From Bugula neritina (Eukaryota; Animalia; Bryozoa), in contig OZ037766.1 in the NCBI GenBank assembly GCA_964035545.1, positions 15,614,722 through 15,678,721 on the forward strand: 64,000 bases of DNA. Reading direction: 5' to 3'. Within the stretch, counting starts at the first letter, position 1. Each line of letters starts with the position of its first letter. Made by a program: the position numbers and the translations under genes. The notes beneath the pieces were generated by a model. That model had not been told where the DNA came from, searched no databases, and saw nothing but the letters and a program-made list of their open reading frames with translations. Shown piece by piece: positions 25,237 through 38,999 of the stretch.

Positions 25237-28200
25237 ATGAGTCCATTTCTCTATCATTCTACTGCATGGCTAAGAGAACAAGTTGGTTCAGATCCAAAGC
25301 GTGGCACTGCTATGTTAGTTGCTTCAGTGTCAGTCCCTGTGCTCACAGCTTTTATGGTTCGAACTTATCGAAGACGATCCTTGCTCAGACAACGCAAAGA
25401 GTATGTTGCTGAAATGGAGTGTCAAATGAGAAGTAAAGAACAAGAAGTTGCATCTAGAGTAAGAGATGTATACACAATAGTCAGCTGCATCTAGCAAATA
25501 TTCCTTTTAATTCTTTTTGGGCGCTGATGTGCTGTGCAAATGTTTTATTTTCAGATTTCAGCAGAAAGAGCTAAAGAAATAACTTCGCTTTCTTTCAAAG
25601 AGTTACAATCAAAGCTACAGGAAAGAGAACTTTCTTGCATTGAAGTCTTATATGCCTTTCAGAGAGTTGCTTTCACTGAAAATGTACAGCTGAATTTTAT
25701 CGTTCAGCCGGTCTTGGAGGCTGAGGTATAAGCAGTTAATAAGAGTACTTGCAGCTTTACTTTATTTTATATACCACTTTGTATGTTTTTAACAAAAGTG
25801 ACTTACACTGTTAATATACCTAGAAATGAAATTGGTGATCAATTTGCTCACCTTCCAAAAGCAAATATAACCAATCCTTATTTGTGCATTTTAAATTTTT
25901 AGTAATGATTATTGGAGTTTTTAGTTTACAAAAATATTTTCATTATGGTTTATGAATGTAACTATTTTATTTGGTCAATCTTTAGGATATGGCTAGACGA
26001 CTTGATTCTTTGGATGCAGAAGCCAGAAAGAAGTTGCCTCTTTTTGGAATTCCAATTTCTGTGAAAGAGAATTACAACATGACTGGCTATAAATCTACCG
26101 CTGGATTGTCTAATTTGATCTCTAAGACTTGTTCTGAAACCAGTGGATTTGTCCAGGTTAATGATTTGCTCAATGATAATCCTAGACACTAAGTATTTCT
26201 CTCTTTCAGTACTTCATCATGTCACGTAAGAAACTGTTTTGCATTCTCTATTTGTAGGCTCTTGTATATGCCGGAGCTGTGCCCTTTATTAGAACTAATA
26301 TTCCACAAACAATGATGTCTCTGGGAGCTCATAACCCCATATATGGTCAAACAAGAAACCCTCTAGATCTGGCACGCTCTCCTGGTGGGTCTTCATCGGG
26401 CGAGTCTGCTGCTATTGCATCTGGATCTTCTCTGATTGGACTTGGTTCTGATATTGGTGAGATTTTAACAGACATTATAGTTCACCTGACTGTTGACATA
26501 GTTTTAAAGGGTAGCAAATTGGCATATCTTCAGGTTTCTATAATAACATTCTTGGCAAATACATAATTTGTGATTGTAAATATGTTTTATTTTATTTTTA
26601 AAACAATTTTCATTTTAGCATTCTGCATGCAATTAAAATTTTGATGAAGATTTTCTGCCGCCAATCATTTTTTGTATCATTAGAACGTTTTGGACTACTG
26701 ATTGTAACTAACTTAATGTTTGTACAATGTGAAGATATGCTCTACAATGTAAAACTGAATGTTTTCCAGAACACTTTTGCACTTCTATATCATTAAATTT
26801 GTTTATCTGCTTCTTACGATTTTAGATTAAATAAATTCAAAAAATTTTATAGGCTTTTGAATGCTGAGATAGAGGATCTTATTTTAATAAGTCTTACTAA
26901 TCATTATTATATGAGGAGTATCGCTCTGTTTTTGTGGCAAAAATATAAATATATATGAATTGGTGAATTTTTTGCAAATCTTTCAAACAAAGTGGTTGCA
27001 TTATAAATTAACTTGTTAAATTTCTAGATAGTATGTATATAAACACAGAGCTCTAACATTTGTACCAGAGACTGTATTAGATATTGTATATCTGATTTGT
27101 TCTATTTTATTCTTGTTGCTAGTTATTTTGTATAGTGTTAGATAGTTATAGTCGCATGTATTTTATAACCATACTTATATATATAGGTGGTAGTGTAAGG
27201 ATACCTGGTGCATGGTGTGGCATTACTGCTCTTAAACCAACAGCTGGAAGATTTTCTGTTTTAAACCAGACATCAGCAGTCAAAGGTCAATCAGCAGGTA
27301 CTGTCAACTCATAACTGTGTAGTATAATGTATATAGCAACTGTGCTTGTAATATAGCTTTGTAAGGGTTCCAAATAAAGCAAAGTTGAATCTTTGCGAGG
27401 TGATGTGATCATACTATAGTTGGAATATTTTAACCTCTTGCTCAAGGAAAGCAAGATTTACACAAAAGCTATTTCAAGTCAAAACCACTTGAAATATGTT
27501 TTCCTTTTTGAGATTTCAGCGGACACTCCGTGTGTGTGTGTGTGCAGCCGGGCGGGTGGATGGATGGGGGGAGGGTTGGGGGTGTGTTATGGTTATGCTA
27601 AGCTCAAATGCTCAACTATTTAAAGAGATCCCACAGTTGTTTCATGAAGGATATCATAAATATTTAAATAATTACATAACCATTTTTATTTTTCTTATAT
27701 AATACAGGATATGACATGTAAGTAGCTTCATGAAATAAGATAATTGCATTCTATTGCAACTCATGACTATTGAGTGGAGACATAGAAGCAGAACATTCAG
27801 TGATAAAATAAAATCATCATTTGAATTAGTTATCTCTGCTTAAAAGTTGTCATACTTGTATAGTCATAACAATTTATAGCAGTGTTATAGCAACTTTAAT
27901 ATTATTTAGTGAAATTGCATATAATCAGCATTTTGTTATTCATTCAGTTAAAGGAACTTCTGGACTAATGGCTAGAGAAGTTGATGCCCTTGTTGAGTTT
28001 ACTAAAGTGGTCACATCTGATTTCCAGTTTCAAGTAGATATGTCAATTCCTCGACAGTATTTTAAAGAGGAAGTAAGTATTTACAGACTAAGTACTATAT
28101 ATTTTAAATATTGTATATTCCACAGCTGTTGCGGTAGAAAGGTTGCAAGTATGTATACATGTGATACCTAAGATGTAGCTCTTCTTGCTTACTGAATTTT

Positions 28201-31200
28201 GCATCTGAAATACCAATGACCTCTAAATATATTCAAACACAAATAAAACATGTTTAGATAAAGAGCTCTATTCTTTTATAACATTGGGTCATTTTACTTA
28301 ATTTAGTACACACTCGAAATCTCCAGTTTTTAGCTATTTTTCACAATTTAGCTGCTAATGAACATGGGTTTTTGCCCAAAACTAGTAAAATATGAATGAA
28401 TACAAATAAATAATTAAGGTTCTTCTTAATTTTGTTTGATTTCCCATGTTTTTTCCTAATTATTCGGCCACTTTTAATTTCGGAGAGTTATGGTTTTTCA
28501 TAACACTCGTACTACTTGACACTGTTCAAAGTGATTTTGCTGTGTGGTGAAAAATATGACAATATTGGCTGAAGCTTGAAACTTACAGCAACTTACATAG
28601 AGTGTTCTGATATGTTTCAGTGCATTGTTTTTAGAGCATTTTATCTCATCCTGATGGTATCTTTTCTAGAACTTCTAAAAGCCCACTAAAATATGTATGT
28701 CTAATTATTTAGACTGTTGAGGTCTATTTTGATATAGTCTACCTTGCTAAATTGTGACTTAATGCTCCAAACCACTGTTACATAGCGTGTCCAAAGGCTG
28801 GAGTTTTTATATTTTATGCATTGCATAATTTTACCAAATTGAAAGTGAAACGAGGTGGTTTAATACTCCAACTGTATATGTAGATGTAATACTTTATTCT
28901 AGAAACCAAAATAAATAACTTTATTTTATGTAGTCTCTCGACTATTTTACTTATTTTGCTGAGTTATCGCGGGCTCGAGTAAATATATGTGAAAGCTATT
29001 AATTGAATGCTTTTGGTTTACCGTACTGCATTTTCTAGTAATATCATTTTGAGAGTAATTTGTATTCAAACTGTGATACATACTAACCGCTTTACTTTCA
29101 TCTGCATTTAAACGTCAGCTGGCTTAAGAAATTTTATTACTAAGATTGTCAATTCCATTGGATCCATTAAGCAAGTTTGAGTCGCTTTATGTTAATAAGT
29201 TTTGGACTTCCACTGTCTGATAAGAACAAATAAGGTTTTTTACATTACTTGTTAAAGCTGCAGATCTGTATAAGTGTGGTTAGTTAGTTTTCAACTTGCT
29301 TTATAGGAATATCTTTCCACTAAGCCACTGACTATTGGATATTCTCGTTATTGGGCACCTATTGAGGCCACTCAGTCTGTTCAGAATGCAGTCACTAGAG
29401 CAGCTGCAGAGTTGTCTAAACAAGGTCATAAGGTAAAATAGGCTACATGCATATACTAGTATTTATACTGCTTATTAATCATTTAAAGGTTTATCTATCA
29501 CCAGGCTATTATGGTAGTTTGGACATGACTGATGTATCACCAACTGGTTGATATTCACTTAGAAACTGATAAGAACATGAGGTGTTGGTCTACTTTGTGG
29601 TCTCATCAGTAAATTATTGCATTTAAACACAGTCTGATGCTAGCAAGAGAAATTGATAATTTTCAGAATGTTTAATAGGTGCTTGGAAAATTTATATGTC
29701 TTCAAAAATACCCTGGTAGAGTTTCACCACAAACCAGGGTTGGGGTCAATTACATGTGAATGTAATTAATTACAATTACATGTAAAATTGTCAATTACAA
29801 TTACAATCATAATTACAATTAAAAAGTAATGTAATTAATTACAATTACATAGCAATGTAATTAATTACAATTACTTTTGTTCTCACAAGAGATAAATAAA
29901 AGTTATGCAATCTCACTTCTAGGGTCCAACCACCAGGGGCAATTTTGATACTATGCCCCATTAACTTAATTTGAACTTGTTATTTAACAGTAGGCATAGT
30001 AGGAAAAGTATGAAATTTTAAGATTTTAAAGTTTGAAGTAATTGACATGTAACTATAAAGTAATTGTAAAAATCAATTACACTACATATGTAATTAATTA
30101 CAATTACAATTACATTTTTATACATCAATTACAAATTCAATTCAATTGCTTAAAAAAATGTAATTAATTACAACCAATTACAAATTACAATTACCATAAC
30201 CCTGCCACAAACCAGAGTCAAGTATAAACTTTAGGGTTCTACTATTACCCAACTGTCAAAGAATCAACTCATTCACCACCATCTCTATAAAAACTGTATA
30301 GTATGTTATGCAGTAACAGCTGGGGCTGTGGTAAAACTCTGCCAGGATATTTTTGCAGACATGTAGTTTTTAATTGCATTTTCCAAGCACTTGTTGAACA
30401 TTCTAAAAACTGAACTTAATACTCAAAGATTTAAGGTATGAAATAAAATAATTCATGTATTATAAGTTGCACAAATATTTTTAAAAGCATTGTATATTGC
30501 AATTGAACCTTCAGAATTATATACAGGTCATGATAGTGAAGTTTTTGAGTTGGTACACACCCATGATTGGCTGAGTTTTACATGGTCTATTTTAGGTAGT
30601 GGAATGGGATCTGCCAGAATTTCCGGATAACATGGCTCGTATGGCAGTGCAAGCTTACTTTGGTGATGGTGGAGTGCAAATAATGAAAAATATGTAAGAA
30701 GTATTTTTCCATCATTATCATGATCTTTTTATCAAGGATATCTGAAAGTTTGCTGTGTATTTTGTTGCCTGATATAGTGTCTGCACCAACAACAATGCAA
30801 AACTTTGTGAGGTTCTATAATTGCTAATCGGTAATGGCCTTCATTCTGAGTACAAAATTATCATGATGTTTATTATGTAACTGTAGACATTGTACATCTT
30901 AAATTACATACATTACACATACTATATAATATCAAAATATATTATATCTTATATATTATACATTGTAAAAATATATTCTATATCATACAAATAATTCACC
31001 TGTTGCAGTGCTAATGATGATGTATTATACGTTATATAGTAGCCTATACAAATATGTTTTATATATTATAAATTGTAAAAATATATTATATCATAATATA
31101 TACAAATAGTTTACGTATTTCAGTGCTAATGATGATGTATCATATGTTATACAAACAACAATGCGGGCTCTCACTGTCAGCAACCGACTTAAGCAAACTG

Positions 31201-33895
31201 TTGCCGCTGTGGCTCAGAAGCTGGTAAGTGTTGTATTTTGCTCTTCTCTGTATGATCAGCGTATTAACTTAAAAAGCTGTTGTATAGTCAAGGAAACAAA
31301 TTTTTTAGGATTTCTATTTGGTTGATAAAACTCAACTACATTTTTTTCAAAATTCCCAATCATTTTTAAGGAGTTAACTTATAGCAAAAGTTTTCCAAAT
31401 TAGAAAACATCTAGAATCTTATTGCATTTTGTCACCTTAATATTTTTTTTACAAATGATACGATCAATATCTTTGCAAATGAAACTATTAAAATTAGTTG
31501 ACTTTGCTGTATTCAATTGTGAGTTATATATTTTTGTTCTGCACTATTACAAGTTTTTAACTTGAAATATTAGTTATTCATTAATGTCACATGATCCGCA
31601 TTATTACATACTTTATATAATTGTTATGTAGTCAATATACGTTACAAATTGTCTATCAAATTCCTCACAGATTCCTCAGGATTGGAGGTACAAATTTCTG
31701 ACCGGATTGGCTGGAGCTAAAGATGTAAATGAGTGGTTTGAGCTTCAAAACAAAATAGCTGTAAGACTTTTTATTGCTACTTAACTAAGGTTTGGTTTTT
31801 TAGATCATGGTTAGTTCAACTAGGACCATTTTCATTAGTCATTGTTCATTCAAGACCAGGTTATTCAACTATTAGATATCGACGTGCAAATTGAAAATAA
31901 ATACCATGTAAATTATCTTGTGACTATGTCCTATTTCCTTGATTGTTTCTAGGTCAGCTAAACCCAGCAGCATATGGGTCACTTTACTTACTTTAGTACA
32001 CACTCAAAATTTCCAGTTACTAGCAACTTTTTACAATTTAGTTGCTAATTTATATGGGTTTTTGCTTAAAACTAATAAAATATCAATAAATACAACTAAA
32101 TAGTCAAGATTCTTTTAAATTTTGCTTAATTTCCCATGTTGTTTTCTAACTATTTAGCTAATTTGGAATTGCGGACCCTCTCGGTGTTTGCGTGATGGTC
32201 CGCGAAATCTAAATTAACTAAATAATTAGGAAAAAACATAGAAAATCAAGCAAAATTCAAAAGAACTTAGATTATTTAGTGGTATTTTTAGTATTTTATT
32301 AGTTTAGAGCAAAAACATACATACATTAGCAGCTAAATTGTAAAAAATAGCTGAAAACTGGAGATTTCGAGTGCATACTAAACTAAGTAAAATGACTCCT
32401 ATAACTTATTTTAATGTAGTCTAATTCACTTCTCTGGGTTTCCTATAAAACTGTGTCATATTCGAGTGATAAACTAATTTATGTTGACAGCAATACCGCA
32501 AGTTGTGGATAGATGACTGGAGTAGGAAAGGAATTGATGTGCTGCTTGCACCAGCTGTACCAATACCTGCAGAGTTCATTAGTCCAAAGAAAGGGTGTTC
32601 TGCAGGTATTAATTTAGCAGATATTTTGCTGTAGATTATCTTTTTATAAGAGGTTGATGTGATTATGGGAATTACAACTTACAAAATACACCATCCATAA
32701 TGAATGTATGTATTGCATGCAAATCTTGTCATGTGTTGTGTACACAGTTACTGCTCATGGGTTTGAGATAAGAGAATTTCTGTTAGTTGAAATTGATTCT
32801 TGAATTATATTAAACAGACATTCAATAGCACAGTGCTGTTTTAAACAGATTGCTAGACATAAACTGTCACACCATAGTGGTGTGTTTTGTCCAACTAATA
32901 AATTTTGGTGGGCATCATTGAAGACGTCTTCAATGGTACTAAAGGACTATGTGAGTGCTAGGTCACATAGTTTTATGTCTTAGACTTTTACAAGGGTTTA
33001 TTTTGGTGGATAACATATTTTTGAAAGTTATGTTTTTCTCCCTTTTCCTTCCTTATTGCACTGCATTATATAATAACACCTTTTATTGAGTTCAGTTACG
33101 CTGTGGAAAATCACGTTTGTTCAGTCAAAGTTATCTTCTCATCGTAGTATATGTGCTTTTGTGTTTTCATATACTATTAGCATCATCTAGCAACTAGACT
33201 CTGCTTACTGAGACTACGAGTAAGGTCAGAGTGGGGCTTACAGAAATTTCCCTTCTTAGTTGTATTCTGCTTAAATGGAATATATGCTATGCATGCTTTA
33301 GCATGTCACTTAATCCTTTAGCTGCTGGTGCTTATGTCTATCTCCTGAACTTGGTGAATTTCCCAGCTGGAGTTGTCCCTTTTGGGAAGATAACTCCTGA
33401 GGATGAAGCAAATGACTTTAAAAATTATCCCGACCAAGATTTAATGCAGAGGCGGCTTAAAGAGGTATGTGTTCAGAAAGCATAAGTATTGCAGTGGTTT
33501 TATAGTTACTGGGTTTTGCTAAATGTTTGATTACAAAATTTTCCTGGCTACAATTAATTCACTTAGCAAACCCGTAAGAGGTACTCTATTAATATTGATT
33601 TTTTATAAAATAAATTTACCAGCTGCAAAATTATTTTAATTGCATGTTTCTGATATGTTTTTTTTGCATATTTAAAGAATTTTTGACAAAGTGAACTTGG
33701 CAAAATGGCATATTTGTCTTCAGTAAACTTTTTCGACTATAAAGCAGTGGCTGATATTTTTTTACTTGCTTTATGTCGATTTAGAATATCAAAGGAAGCA
33801 CCGGTCTACCACTCAGTGTACAGTGTGTAGCTCTGCCTTACCGAGAAGAGATGTGTCTTAGAGTTATGGATCTCATCTCTAAAGTCAACCAATAA
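25237..33895 (+). CDS. FAAH: FAAH-like amidase, copy 2 (~593 aa). Exons 25237-25458 (or -25467), 25555-25725, 25986-26156, 26258-26456, 27187-27297, 27948-28072, 29307-29432, 30596-30693, 31124-31223, 31671-31760, 32491-32605, 33322-33464, 33785-33895
   Basis: Internal exon sizes are identical to copy 1. Motifs GIPISVKE, SPGGSSSGE and GSDIGGSVRIP are present and the frame is open throughout. Confidence 0.92.
28285..28490. mobile_element. Single arm of the MITE family at 31972-32402
   Basis: tgggtcattttacttaatttagtacacactcgaaatctccag... matches that element's TIR; absent from the equivalent intron of copy 3. Confidence 0.75.
29660..30590. mobile_element. Fold-back MITE (outer left arm deleted) hosting the nested hAT MITE
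   Basis: Inverted arms aaaaataccctggtagagtttcaccac / gtggtaaaactctgccaggatattttt; equivalent to 45034-45664. Confidence 0.7.
29735..30204. mobile_element. 470-bp non-autonomous hAT element (MITE) with an 8-bp TSD
   Basis: Ends CAGGGTT...AACCCTG, TSD CCACAAAC at 29727-29734 and 30205-30212, internal AATTAC arrays, and an empty site at ~45289-45300. Confidence 0.92.
31972..32402. mobile_element. ~430-bp fold-back MITE at a TA site (Tc1/mariner-like)
   Basis: Almost the whole element is an inverted repeat; the empty site gcagcataaataactt is at ~46875-46890 in copy 3. Confidence 0.85.
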
Positions 33896-34861
33896 ATTTC
33901 TAGTCTGCTATAGGGATTTATCTAGTTATTCGTACCTTCATGGCTCATTGAAAATGGAACTTGTTGTCTGTATTCATGTTATAATACTGGTCATCAAACT
34001 TTTCAGTTGTCAAACCATATGATGCTGCTCATTTATACATTCTAGCATTTTTATATCATTTACATTATATTATTTCATATTTTCTGGAGTATTGGAAATT
34101 ATTCTATATATATTTGGGTTTCTATTAAATGGTTCCTGTAGTCTGCAATATAATCCTACACAATATGGTCAGCTAAATAGTTAATATTCATGTTAATATA
34201 TTTTAGGTCTGATAAAATCTAAGAATACAATTTTTTTTCATTATTTTTTATTTTTTTTTAAGAATTTTCTTTGATCCAATTTATTTACAAGCGTGTTCCT
34301 ACAAAGTTATTTTCTGGCTCTTGGGTTGTTATATGTACCGGAGTACAATCTAGCTTTTGTGGAAATTTTACTATTACTGCTTAAAAATAAACGGTGCCAA
34401 AAGTTGAACATTTCATATTAAAGTTGCAATGATAAATTAATTTACAATTTTACTTGTTTGCCTAACTGAATCTATATTACTAGAGTACATGACATTATGC
34501 TAAGCTCATGGCAAGTATTATTGCAAATCACACTTATTGCTTTGACTATACGTTACTGTTTCCTCTAGTAGTTGTTTTATTTAATTATAACTTCTATTTC
34601 ATAATCAAATAAATCTCTGAAATTAAAAAACATGCCCTATTAAGTTTGCTCATGAAAAGCTACATAGATTTCACTGTTTATTGAATATCTAGAAATCTTA
34701 ATAAGATAAATTATAGATGACTACACTATGTTGATTATGCCCACATATTTTTGAAAATCTAGATTTTGAAATGTGGGTATAATGATTTATAATTAAGCTG
34801 GTAGTGCAGCGGATAAGGACACCCACAACACACTGCTTATAATTGGCAAGCGTTGCCTATA

Positions 34862-34866
34862 ATATA

Positions 34867-34934
<68 letters not shown>
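34862..34934. repeat. (TA)n microsatellite
   Basis: Visible TA run. Confidence 0.97.
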
Positions 34935-34937
<3 letters not shown>

Positions 34938-35225
34938 TACAAGTTTATAAATATATATTATATAGATTATAAGTAATTTAATCACAACCCACTATATGCA
35001 ATGTGGTCAGAGTCAGCGTGCGTATATAGTTATGTAATGATATGTGGCAGATCGTCAAGATGTTGTAATTTTATGACCAGGCTACCAAATTATTATAAAA
35101 TGTTACAAATAATAATAAATGAGTTTATATTTCTGCACTACAATGTATCTATAATAATATGTATTTCAACAGTTCTAGCGTGGCGACTTGGAAAAACCCA
35201 CGTCCCGGTGCAAAATCTAGGTCAA

Positions 35226-35909
35226 CCCCCCTATTCACACTTACCGTACCGTACGCCGTAACAGCAAATTTTAGCGAGTTTTGTTAACATCCGGGCTAAA
35301 TCGTACTCCGGTTTACGTTGCGGCGTTGATCAAGCAGTGCTTGATTCAAAAAATCACGGCGGGCTCCTATTGGGTAGAGTTGATCTGGTACTAAAATTTA
35401 AAGAACATTTTCGCTAGTTTATTTTAATCGCTTATTTTTGATTTAATTTAATCAATTCAAAAGTTTTAAAAGATTAAAAAATCTTTATCCGGCTTGTTTG
35501 AATTAAACTCAGCTTAAAAATCTAGCTTTCTATAATCACAAAATCAAGCGAACTAAAAACTTAAAAATGATTTGGACGGCTTAAATATTCATTATTTAAA
35601 TTAGTTTGCACAATTATTTTAAAAACGAATATATTTAAAAAAAAGATTCATTTCATGTAATTGCTTTTATTTAGTAAATAGCATTTATATAACATCTTTT
35701 GATAAGAATGTTGCGAATAAGTTGTAAATAATATTCAAAGGCGTTCAAATCACCGCAGACAAGAGTTGGCTTTATTATGATTGGTCACAGCTCAACGTCA
35801 TGCATTGTACTTTTACGGCAATGTGTGAACACCCGTTGACAAAATGCAACAGCTTCGCCATTTTATTTTTGCTGTTACGGCGTACGATACGGTAAGTGTG
35901 AATGAGGGG
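35226..35909. mobile_element. ~680-bp MITE with ~45-bp TIRs
   Basis: ccctattcacacttaccgtaccgtacgccgtaacagcaaa pairs with tttgctgttacggcgtacgatacggtaagtgtgaatgagggg; absent from the paralogous site at ~23045. Confidence 0.85.
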
Positions 35910-36539
35910 AACAGTAGCGAGCCTGCGACTGTCCTGCAGAACTTTTGTACTCGCCGAAGTAGAACTATTACTATAAGTGCCTTATAAGTCTTCAATACGG
36001 TTTGCTGTAACTAGTCCCAGTATTTGCTTTCTTTAATTGCCGTAATAAAAAATATTTTATTTTTTAGTCAACATTGCTACACAAATACTGTAATGCAGTT
36101 ACATTACATTTAGTGATTTATTCATCTACATTGCAGTATAAATTCCAAGATCAATGACAATCACAATAGCCAATAGGCATTGATTGTGATTGTCATTGTG
36201 TGAATCATTGTCAATAACATTAACTATAAGTTAATACAGAATATGAACTTGAATATGAATATGAATATCAATATGGCTATCAAAAACATATCATTATATG
36301 AAGTTGAATGTAAACTAAAACAGTCTGAACATTGAAGCTAAACTAAAAATAAAATATTGAATGAATTGTAAAAAATTATCATTATCATTATGATTATGCC
36401 TATGGAGTATGGTTTTGCTTCACGGACACATCGATTTCGAAGATTTGCAAAGAAAACCTTCAAACAGATGAAAAAGTAATATTACATTAAAACTTAGGTG
36501 TCCAGACTACTTCTACATGTATCTGAAAGGTACAATGAG

Positions 36540-37720
36540 CTTAAGAGGTCAAATGGGGCTTGGTAAGCGAAATAGACAGCTCACCTCTCATCCTAAAGAA
36601 TGTGCAGACATGTTCAACTATTAGTTTTATTTCCACAGAAAGTTTGCTATGCCTACTGGTCATCAGCCTTCCATACACACCTCTAGTACCCACACAGGAG
36701 ATCCCGGTGTGTCTGCCTCTGGAGTAGTGAAAATGATGCAAGATTTAAAATACGGAAAAGCTGCAGGTCCAGGCCCCCAAAAAGCTGATCTGGGCATAGA
36801 CATAGAACAAACTGCTGCATTTCTCAGTCATATATTTCAAGTTTCTCTTACAATTGAAAAGCTTCCATCAGAATGGAGGACAACCAACATCTCACTTCTT
36901 CAAAAGTATGGACGGTGGGTGACGGACAATGCCAACAACTATCAACCCATTTCTGTGACAAGTATTCCTTGTAAGATATTGGAGCATTTGGTACTGGGAC
37001 ATCTGCTGGAAAAAGTTGACCGTAAGCTAAGTAGGCGGCATGGATTTAGAAAAGGCCTCTCTATGCACTATATGCTTCTACAGACAGACACCAAACTGTT
37101 CATGCAGCTGTTTTAGACTTTACTAAAGCTTTTAATTTAGTGCCTCATGTCCTTTTAATGAAAAAGCTTTCAGAGATTGGATGAATGCATCTTACACTAG
37201 ATAGAAAACTTCCTAGCCAATCAAAACAGAGCAAGTGGTGTTGCAAGGTCATGCCTCAGACCCTTTACCAGCTACTTCTGGTGTGCGACAAGAATCGGTT
37301 TTGGGACCAATAATATTCCTGAATTTTATTAATGACCTACCTAACTATCTTGATTGCTTGTGTGCCTTGTTTGCTGATGACATCCTTGTCTACCAGGAGA
37401 TAGCCTCATTGAGTGACTGCAGTAAGTTCCAACGTAATCTAGATTCTTTTGATGCTTGATCAGACAAGTGGGGTATGTCATTCAACATCTCTAAAAGCAA
37501 AATAACAAGCTTCAACTGTGTAGGCGATACCCCCAATTACACATTAAGTGGATTAGTGCTAGATTATGTAGACTTTACAAAATACCTGGGTGTCCTACTG
37601 CAATCAGATTGCATGCTCAATAAACATATTATATCAAATAGAATACTAGATGCTAGAAGATATGCCTACTGGGCCCCCGAACGAGCACGCCTGTTTGCAT
37701 ACAAAGCATTGGTCGCAATC
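36540..37720 (+). mobile_element. Decayed LINE reverse transcriptase fragment (CR1/L2/Jockey group)
   Basis: KAAGP, LPSEWR, NYQPISVTSIPCKILE, HGFRKGLS, LDFTKAF, SGVRQESVLGPIIFLNFINDLP, LFADD, WGMSFNISK and KYLGV lie across three broken ORFs. Confidence 0.92.
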
Positions 37721-38534
37721 AATGCAATAACTCGGAGATATCTATATAGGCAGGTTCCTCCTGTTCAGTCAATGCAGCCTAACCAGCACTAACTGTATGA
37801 CTATTGGCCAATGACTGCCCAACATATTACCCCTTCCTCTCTAGGGCGGTCCAGTCTGATTACTTCGAGTGAGTTTGAGTAAGGTCATTTATCAATATAT
37901 ATATATATATATATTACTTATTATTATATGCCATATTGATTTGGCGTTTTTTCGTAATGATTTTCAATTTTATATTGATGTTGATCATATTAGTATTCAT
38001 ATTGAACTAACTTTAGTAAATTATAATTATGATAATTATAAGTATTGATAATTTAAACTATGACTATCACTATGGTCATACTAATTTTAAATGACATTTG
38101 TAGTACCGTACACTAACGGTGATAAGATTCAGATTAATATCATGATTGTCATTGAGCGAATTGTTGCCTTTGAGCTTTGAGGGATTTGTAAATTGTATTA
38201 ATTGACAATATTTATATTTGCAAATGTATAATAAAATTGATAACGATATTCAAATCTATAGCTATTTTAGTAATATTGGTATTGCAATTGCTTTTTTTTA
38301 TCAATATTGAAATGACTTATTCATATTGGTATTGAACCTACCGACTTGGTATTACACTTACAGCAACTCTCTCTAAGATTATTACAGTATGAGTATTACT
38401 ATCACTATGAGTCATAATGTTTATGACAGTATGAGCATCAGTATGAGTAAGAGGGGATGACATCGAATTTGACTAAGAGTAAGCATTTCTATTTCAGTAT
38501 TTTGAAAAAATTTTTTATTTGACGACACTTATCC

Positions 38535-38958
38535 TGTTAGCGTAGAACCACGTGACGCAGATTTCCCTCACTGACCACATGCGAAAATTCATCTAGCCAA
38601 GTGAATTGTTGCGTGTGGATTTTCAGATGGATTTCATGCAGAAAACATGCTGAGCAGCAAGTGTGGAAAGCTTGTACGCATTTGATCTAATTGGCTGGTT
38701 GCCATTAGCAAGCGAACTTTTTGTGTTTTTATCCGCTGTTAAATTTCTACTGAACTGAATTAAAACATTTTTAAACAGTTTGCATTTTCCGCTTTATAAT
38801 ATCTCAAGTAGGCTAGCAGTAAAGTTAAACAACAAGATCATTAGCGAATAAATTTCTGCACCCACAGCCAACGCATTGTGTATGGCAGGTCGTTCCCGCA
38901 ACAGATTTTCATGCATGTGGATTCGCACACTGAAAATCTGCGTTGTGTGTCCCTAACA
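38535..38958. mobile_element. MITE with degenerate TIRs
   Basis: tgttag...acgcagattt at the left pairs with aaatctgcgttgtgtgtccctaaca at the right; absent upstream of copy 2. Confidence 0.65.
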
Positions 38959-38999
38959 TTACTTTTGCTGTTATGTGAAATTGAAAATTAAATAATTTT

